Positions 58,078-64,000 of a stretch of DNA of 64,000 bases are shown here, one piece after another. The stretch is from an uncultured Gemmatimonadales bacterium (GTDB lineage: Bacteria; Gemmatimonadota; Gemmatimonadetes; Gemmatimonadales; GWC2-71-9): the NCBI GenBank assembly GCA_963795085.1, contig CAWCFX010000004.1, positions 704,001 through 768,000 of the forward strand, read 5' to 3'. Each line of letters opens with the position of its first letter. Position 1 is the first letter of the stretch. The translations under genes and the position numbers were made by a program. The notes below the pieces were generated by a model, which saw nothing but the letters and a program-made list of their open reading frames with translations, made no database searches and had not been told where the DNA came from.

Positions 58078-58881
58078 CTACGCCTGGCTCCGGGCAACGA
58101 GAAACCGGCGGATCCCGGCGAGCGCGAAGTAGCCGGCCACCGCGAGGGCCAGGTAGGTCCCCAGCCCGATCGAGATCGCGTCGCTGATCTGGGCCTGCAT
58201 CTCGGCCCGGATCTGGTTGGCGCCGGGGCCTTCGAAGGCGTTGCCCCCGCCCATGCTGCTCCGGACGCTGCTGTAGAGCTTGAAGGCGACGACCAGCATG
58301 AGCCCGAGCGGCAGCAGCGCGCCAAGATGGGCCCGGCGGTCTTTCCAGTAGTGGTGGACGAAGGGACCGGCCAGCGCGGCGATGGCGATGAAGCCATAGA
58401 TCCCGGCACTCGCGCCCTGGCCGGAGATCTGGCTCAGGACTCCCAGCGCGCCCGCGTTGATCACGCCGAGCACCTCCCAGAAAGTGAAGCTCAGGGTGCC
58501 GAGCCCCATGTCGATCGAGCCGGCGCTGAGGAAGAACCAGGCGATGGCGAGGAGCCCAAGGGCGGCCAGCTCCCGGCCGCCGAAGCGGGCGACCATCACG
58601 CCCATCACGGCGGTTCCCTTTTCCCGGGCGGCGGCGAGCGCCACCTGGGCCTGTTCCTTGGCGACCTGCGACTCGGCGACCACCGTAATGGCCGCGACCT
58701 GGCCCGGGGCGCTGAAGGCCACCTCGACCGTCATCCCCGCCCTGGGGGGGAGGTCGGAGCGCCACATGCCTTCGAGCTGGAAGGGGTACTGGGTGCCGGC
58801 GACCGAGATGATGCCGGGACCCCGGCTGGTGTCCTGCAGAACGGTGCCGCGTGCGGTAAGCGATCGTGCGGTGGTGCCCAT
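58078..58881 (-). CDS. Membrane protein with small N-terminal beta domain
   Basis: AGGAGG RBS; about four TM segments. Confidence 0.78.
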   Translation of the reverse strand: MGTTARSLTARGTVLQDTSRGPGIISVAGTQYPFQLEGMWRSDLPPRAGMTVEVAFSAPGQVAAITVVAESQVAKEQAQVALAAAREKGTAVMGVMVARFGGRELAALGLLAIAWFFLSAGSIDMGLGTLSFTFWEVLGVINAGALGVLSQISGQGASAGIYGFIAIAALAGPFVHHYWKDRRAHLGALLPLGLMLVVAFKLYSSVRSSMGGGNAFEGPGANQIRAEMQAQISDAISIGLGTYLALAVAGYFALAGIRRFLVARSQA

Positions 58882-59041
58882 GGGGCCTCCTGGTGAAGGA
58901 AGGGGTGCACCAGGCATTGCGTGGAGAGGGGAGGGAAACCGTCAAACCTCCGGGAGACCCGCCGTTCACCCTGGAAGCACGAGAGCCCACGGAGGCCTCA
59001 ACCGTTTGACATTCCCTCGACGCGACGACGATCTTGCCCTG

Positions 59042-60703
59042 ATGCCACCTCCTTCCCGACCCCAACCGGGCCACCCCGCCATCCTCGAGCGGGGACTCGA
59101 TACCTCCAGCGGGTCGGAGTTCGTACGGGAGCGGCTGGCGCTGCTGGCCCGGACCCTGTTCCTCGTCTCCTTCGGCTTCTATCTCTTCCTGCTGGCCAGC
59201 CTGGTCCTGCTGGGCGGCGCCCCCTTCGGCGCGGTGTTACTGGCCCCGGCCTCCCTGGGACACCTCGCCGCCAGCCTCACGATGGCCCTGCTCTGGTGGC
59301 TGGCCCGCCGGACGCGGGCCATCCCCCTTGGCCTGGGGGCGCTCGATGCGCTCGGCTTTGTCCTGGCCGGCGGGTTTCTGTCGTTCATGACCGTGGAGGA
59401 CGAGGGACAGATCCTGCAGACCCTGCTGGCCCTGACCGTGACCGTCATGCTCCGCGCGATCCTGCTGCCCTCCCGGCCGGGCCGGACCATGCTGCTCTCC
59501 GCCCTGGTCTTCGTCCCCACCGTGGCGGTCTGTATCGGGTTCCACGCGCCCACCGCCTTCCTGCCGGGATTCGCCGCCGGGTATCAGAAGTTCCACATGA
59601 CCCTCAACACCATTCTCTGGAGCGTGCTGGGGACGACGCTGGCCACCATCACCTCGCGGGTGACCTACGGGCTCCGGCGGCAGGTCGCCGAGGCGCGCGA
59701 GCTGGGGCAATACGTCCTGGAGGAGAGAATCGGGGGCGGCGGCATGGGCGATGTCTGGCGCGCGCGGCACCGCCTGCTGATCCGGCCGGCCGCCATCAAG
59801 CTGATCCGCCCCGAGGCGCTGGGAGCGATCTCCGGCGACGCCGAGCTGCTGCACCGGCGCTTCGAGCGGGAAGCGCGGGCCACCGCGGCGCTCAAGTCGC
59901 CCCACACGGTGCAACTGTACGATTTCGGCGCGACCGATGACGGCACCCTGTACTACGTCATGGAGCTGCTCGACGGTCTCGATCTCGACACCCTGGTCCG
60001 GCAGCACGGCCCGCTGCCGGCCGAGCGGGCCATACATCTCCTGCGCCAGGTCTGCGCGTCGCTGCTCGATGCGCACCGGAACGGGCTGGTGCACCGGGAC
60101 ATCAAGCCGGCCAACATCGTGGTCAGCCGGGCGGGCACCACGTTTGATTTCGTCAAGGTGCTCGACTTCGGACTGGTCAAGCTTGACGCGAGCCGCGCCA
60201 CCGGGGACGACGCCGTGGCCCGGCTCAGCGCGGAAGGCAGCACCAGCGGCACGCCGGCCTTCATGGCGCCGGAGGTGATCCTGGGGGACGCCGTGACCGA
60301 CCACCGGGTCGATCTCTACGCGCTGGGTTGCGTCGGGTATTGGCTGCTGACCGGCAAGCTGGTCTTCGAGGGTGAGAGCGCGATGCAGGTGCTGGTCCAC
60401 CACGCGAAGACCCCGGCGCCGCGGCCGTCCAGCCGGGTCGCCTGGCCCATCCCGGCCCAGCTGGAGGACCTGGTCATGGCCTGCCTCGAAAAGGATCCGG
60501 CGTCCCGCCCCGCCAGTGCGGAGGAGGTAAGCGCGCGGCTCGGCGCCGTGCCCCTGGCCTCGGCGTGGACCGCGGTTCGGGCGGAGGAGTGGTGGGCCGC
60601 GCACCGGCCGCCCGCGCCGGATGCGCGGCCGGTGGCGGACCTGCTGCTGTCGCAAGAGGGGAGGGAGTTGCGGGTGGGACCGGGGGTCAGGCCTCGGCAG
60701 TAA
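59042..60703 (+). CDS. Ser/Thr protein kinase with N-terminal multi-TM sensor
   Basis: About six TMs, then GGGGMG, HRDIKPAN, DFG, FMAPE. Confidence 0.92.
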   Translation: MPPPSRPQPGHPAILERGLDTSSGSEFVRERLALLARTLFLVSFGFYLFLLASLVLLGGAPFGAVLLAPASLGHLAASLTMALLWWLARRTRAIPLGLGALDALGFVLAGGFLSFMTVEDEGQILQTLLALTVTVMLRAILLPSRPGRTMLLSALVFVPTVAVCIGFHAPTAFLPGFAAGYQKFHMTLNTILWSVLGTTLATITSRVTYGLRRQVAEARELGQYVLEERIGGGGMGDVWRARHRLLIRPAAIKLIRPEALGAISGDAELLHRRFEREARATAALKSPHTVQLYDFGATDDGTLYYVMELLDGLDLDTLVRQHGPLPAERAIHLLRQVCASLLDAHRNGLVHRDIKPANIVVSRAGTTFDFVKVLDFGLVKLDASRATGDDAVARLSAEGSTSGTPAFMAPEVILGDAVTDHRVDLYALGCVGYWLLTGKLVFEGESAMQVLVHHAKTPAPRPSSRVAWPIPAQLEDLVMACLEKDPASRPASAEEVSARLGAVPLASAWTAVRAEEWWAAHRPPAPDARPVADLLLSQEGRELRVGPGVRPRQ

Positions 60704-60754
60704 ATTCTCCGGGCCTCTCTGCGGGTAGGAGAACCCGCACGCCCTCACCCACTA

Positions 60755-60812
60755 CGACCGAGCGCCCTGGAGGGACTTCCTCGCTACGCTCGGTCGCAGG
60801 GGGTTAGGGATC
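60755..60812 (-). repeat. Dispersed REP-like element GATCCCTAACCCCCTG..ACCGAGCGTAGCG
   Basis: Also at 53723-53753 and partly at 48800-48815; CGACCGAGCG/CGCTCGGTCG stem. Confidence 0.75.
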
Positions 60813-60836
60813 CCGAGGCGAAGGTGGCCTCACGAA

Positions 60837-62012
60837 TCAGTCCTTCCTCAGCTCCCGATGCAGCGGCGTGGGAAACCGCGGCATCACCGTCACCTCCTTG
60901 AGCCAGCCCTGCAGCCGCTCCGCCTCCTGCTCCACCATCCGGGTGCGGTCCCGCCCGATGTCCTCCAGCAGCCGGGTCACCACCTCGCCGCCTTTCCGCA
61001 CCGCCCAGCCGCCCACGATCCGGCCGTCGCTCCAGATGGTCGCACCGGCGTTGCCGTTGGTGTCGAAGAGGCGGGGCTGGTGGGGGCCCAGGTACCAGTC
61101 GCGCCGTTTCCAGCCCATCGTCGTGGGATCCAGCGAGGGGAGGAGGGCGACCCAGGGCTTAGGGGCGCGGGTCGGCTCGAGGTCATCGGGCAGCAGGTAG
61201 CCGGTCTCTCCATCGAGCGAGACCTCGACCGCGCGGTTCGCGGCCAGCGCCTGGCGCACCGCGGCCAGGGTCCACCCGGTCCACCAGCGGAGATCGTCCA
61301 GGGTGCCAGGGCCGAAGCGGGCCAGCCAGCGCCTCACCACCTCCGCTCTCGCCGTCTCGAGCGGCACCTCGGCCAGGGGAGCGCCCAGCCACCCGGTCAT
61401 CGTCGCCCAGCGGTACTGGCTGCTCACCCAGCTGCCGCGGGGGCGGGCCCGCACCGCCTTGCCTTCCAGCGCCAGGAGCAGCAGCACTCGACTCACCATC
61501 CCGATGTCGCCGGCGTAGGCCTTCCCCTCGTTCACCCGCACCTTGCGGGCGAGGGCGGGGACTTCGCGGGCCAGCTCCTGCGCGGTCGCTTCGCCCAGCC
61601 GCTCCAGGGCAGCCAGTCCATCCTTCTCCGCCTTCCGGAGCCAGGGGCCGGGCCGGGCGATGCCCAGCATCGTGACCAGCTGCTCGTTGCGCCGGCGCTC
61701 CACCCGGGCGAGGGCGGCCAGGGTGGCGGCGTGGAAGATCGGCGCTTCCTCGGCGGGGAGCACGAACATCGTGCGGCGCATGGCCAGCATGCGGACCAGG
61801 GTGCGGTCGTCGTAGAGCGCCTTGTCGAGCGCGGCGACGGAGGGCCGCTTCATCCGGGGGAAGATGGAGAGATAGACGGTGGCCGGGTCGGTGGCGTGGA
61901 GGGCGACGAGGTCCCGGGCGACCTGGAGCACCGACGTACACCGTGCCGCGGGGGCGAGGTGGTGGCGGAGGGCGAGGCGGGCGCGGCGCTCAGTGATTGA
62001 GATAGTGAGCAT
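60837..62012 (-). CDS. AlkZ/YcaQ-family (HTH_42) winged-helix DNA glycosylase
   Basis: ALHATD, MRRTMF, RWLARFGP..DLRWWTG, LLPSLDP, DGRIVGGW. Confidence 0.88.
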   Translation of the reverse strand: MLTISITERRARLALRHHLAPAARCTSVLQVARDLVALHATDPATVYLSIFPRMKRPSVAALDKALYDDRTLVRMLAMRRTMFVLPAEEAPIFHAATLAALARVERRRNEQLVTMLGIARPGPWLRKAEKDGLAALERLGEATAQELAREVPALARKVRVNEGKAYAGDIGMVSRVLLLLALEGKAVRARPRGSWVSSQYRWATMTGWLGAPLAEVPLETARAEVVRRWLARFGPGTLDDLRWWTGWTLAAVRQALAANRAVEVSLDGETGYLLPDDLEPTRAPKPWVALLPSLDPTTMGWKRRDWYLGPHQPRLFDTNGNAGATIWSDGRIVGGWAVRKGGEVVTRLLEDIGRDRTRMVEQEAERLQGWLKEVTVMPRFPTPLHRELRKD

Positions 62013-62025
62013 GGTCTATAGCCTT

Positions 62026-62060
62026 CAGCGTGCACCGTGCACCGTGCAGCGTGCAGCGTT
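62026..62060 (+). repeat. 7-bp array (CASCGTG)x5
   Basis: Fills most of the gap between the AlkZ-like and ERCC4 genes. Confidence 0.85.
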
Positions 62061-62062
62061 GC

Positions 62063-63124
62063 CTAGACCCAGCGGGCCTTGTCGCCGCGGCCGCTCTTTA
62101 CCAGCACTCCTTCCTTCACCATCTGTCCCAGCACCCGCTTGATCCTGCTCACCGGCGCCTCGGGGAACCGCTCCTGCACCTGGCTCAGCGCGAAGGGGCG
62201 AGGCAGCTCGGCGGTCGCCGCGTGGCGGATCCGCTCATCCAGGCCCGCCTCGCGGGGGAAGGGATCGTAGTTCCGCTCGATGTCCAGCGCCAGCTGGGGA
62301 GCGGACTCGAGGCGAGTCCGGGCGATGGCCAGGAAGAAGTTGTGGGTCCAGGCGTTGGCCGCCTTGCGGTTGCCGGCATAGACGATGGGCAGGGTCGGGT
62401 GGAGCGCCGCCAGCTCGGCCAGCACCCGGGCCAGGTGTTCCGGGGGCCAGCGGCCGGCCATCTTCCGCGGGTTGAGGAAGTCGCGGTACTCCGCCTCGAT
62501 CACCAGGGCGGCGTGGCTCAACCCGGCCAGGTCGGAGAGCTGGTGGTGCAACCCCTGGATCTTGCCGACCTCGCCCAGCAGGTTCTCGAACGTCTTCCGC
62601 TCCACCGCGGCGAGCACCAGCCCGTCCTGGACCAGGGCGTAATCGCCGCTGGCCAGCCTGCGCCGAGCCTGCGTGGCCCCGGGAAAGCGCCAGGGGTAGC
62701 GCTCGGCGCTGTCCACGACGACTTCCAGGTTCTCCGGCATCGCCCGCAGCTCGACCCGGCCGCCGGAGCGGTGGGCCCGGATCCCCCGCTCGGTGCGGAA
62801 GAAGACCTGCTCCACCATCTCGCCGCCGTTCTTCGCCGGCTTCTGGATCGCGAGAAACTCGCAGCGCTTGCGGTGGGGGCGGTCCAGCACCACGCTCAGC
62901 TTGCGGCCGACCCGGGAGAGCTGGGCGACGGGCACCCGTTCGACAAAGTCGAGCGGCTCGTCGGCCTCCACCTCGCGCTCCCGGAGACAGAAGACCTGCT
63001 GGCCCGGTCCGGGCCACGCCTCCTGGGTGCGGAAGGCGGCCAGGACTCGGCCGTGCTGCTCCAGGCTGATGCGGTAGCGAAAGCGCCGGTGCTCGGTGCG
63101 TTCGAGGGTCCAGGTGGTGGACAT
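62063..63124 (-). CDS. ERCC4 (XPF/Mus81-type) nuclease domain protein
   Basis: VVDSAE, GDY, VERKT, LVIEA; C-terminal winged-helix-like segment. Confidence 0.85.
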   Translation of the reverse strand: MSTTWTLERTEHRRFRYRISLEQHGRVLAAFRTQEAWPGPGQQVFCLREREVEADEPLDFVERVPVAQLSRVGRKLSVVLDRPHRKRCEFLAIQKPAKNGGEMVEQVFFRTERGIRAHRSGGRVELRAMPENLEVVVDSAERYPWRFPGATQARRRLASGDYALVQDGLVLAAVERKTFENLLGEVGKIQGLHHQLSDLAGLSHAALVIEAEYRDFLNPRKMAGRWPPEHLARVLAELAALHPTLPIVYAGNRKAANAWTHNFFLAIARTRLESAPQLALDIERNYDPFPREAGLDERIRHAATAELPRPFALSQVQERFPEAPVSRIKRVLGQMVKEGVLVKSGRGDKARWV

Positions 63125-63132
63125 GCCTTAAA

Positions 63133-63213
63133 AGTGCAGAGTGCAGAGTGCAGAGTCCAGAGTGAGAACAAAGAGTACTGAGTACTGAGTGCTGAGGGCT
63201 GAGTGCTGAGTAC
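63133..63213 (+). repeat. 7-bp arrays (AGTGCAG)n then (AGTRCTG)n
   Basis: Starts 8 nt from the ERCC4 start codon. Confidence 0.9.
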
Positions 63214-63353
63214 CGCCACGGAGGGCACGGGTCCGGGCGTGGGGTGGATCACATCCCGCCGCCGTGCCGAGGGGGTAAGGTGCTTCTCCGGCGGGGAAAA
63301 CATCTCGTGCGACATTCCCACGGATTGACCCGCAGACTCTTGGGAGGTGCACC

Positions 63354-63731
63354 ATGCTGGCAAGCGCCAATGCCGTTGCGACCATCGCGGTCCGGGACCT
63401 GGACCGTGCCACCGACTTCTACCGCGACACCCTGGGGCTCAAGCCGGTCGAGACCGGGGAGGAGGGAGTCGCCGGGTTCAAGAGCGGTGATTCCAGTGTC
63501 CTGGTGTATCAGTCGCAGTTCGCGGGCACCAACCAGGCCACCTCCGCGACCTGGATCGTCGGCGACCGGCTGGACGAGATCGTCGAGGGGTTGCGGGGCC
63601 GAGGGGTGCGCTTCGAGCATTACGACCTGCCGGAGACCACGCGCCAGGGCGATATCCACGTGAGCGGGAAAACGAAAGTCGCCTGGTTAAAGGACCCGGA
63701 CGGGAACATTCTTTCGCTGGTGAATGGGTAG
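63354..63731 (+). CDS. VOC (glyoxalase/bleomycin resistance) family protein
   Basis: VRDLDRATDFYRDTLG, AWLKDPDGNIL; GGAGG RBS. Confidence 0.9.
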   Translation: MLASANAVATIAVRDLDRATDFYRDTLGLKPVETGEEGVAGFKSGDSSVLVYQSQFAGTNQATSATWIVGDRLDEIVEGLRGRGVRFEHYDLPETTRQGDIHVSGKTKVAWLKDPDGNILSLVNG

Positions 63732-63743
63732 GAGGGAGAGGGG

Positions 63744-63799
63744 CGAGTACAGAGTGCAGAGTGCAGAGTGCAGAGTGCAGAGTGCTGAGGACTGAGTAA
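63744..63799 (+). repeat. 7-bp array (GAGTGCA)n
   Basis: Follows the VOC gene stop. Confidence 0.9.
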
Positions 63800-64000
63800 T
63801 TCTTGATCGGCTGTTCAGGGGAAGGGGGTACGCACGTCCAGGATTGGTCGGGTTTGATGCTGAGCACGGGGCGGCATCGCCGGCAGGCTTCGGAGATGGG
63901 GCAGGGCCTTCCCCTCTTGCACTTCTTCTCGGCCGATGCATACTACCGGAGTCCGGCGAAACCCATCGAGCCGCAGGATTGGTGGCGGCCGGCGTCGCGG

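Noticed and set aside
1..64000. Prophage, IS element, integron or reverse transcriptase explaining the repeats
   Set aside because: No transposase, integrase, RT or phage structural motifs were recognised in any ORF.

Overview
GC-rich (roughly 70% by eye) bacterial chromosomal segment. Gene content suggests Gemmatimonadota or a similar lineage (inference): four Hanks kinases, two TIGR02999-type ECF sigma/kinase modules, secreted serine hydrolases and beta-propellers. About 45 CDSs are supportable, including a MoxR-DUF58-BatA/vWA-DUF4175-like operon, an Lhr helicase, a PLP decarboxylase, a MauG-like di-heme protein, a two-transmitter hybrid kinase, NirK, an Xre-RES toxin-antitoxin pair, a stand-alone Smr protein, an ankyrin protein, and an ERCC4 nuclease next to an AlkZ-like glycosylase. 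I recognised no rRNA, tRNA, CRISPR array, transposase or integrase. Four genes carry single-base frameshifts that look like assembly errors. The most unusual signals are non-coding: (1) about 14 intergenic 7-17 bp tandem-repeat sites from several families that share one polarity rule and often start at stop codons; (2) a promoter plus a ~130-nt multi-stem leader ahead of the ankyrin gene; (3) a covarying REP-like cluster; (4) a reciprocally decayed duplicated cassette. All family names come from motif recognition by eye, with no database searches.
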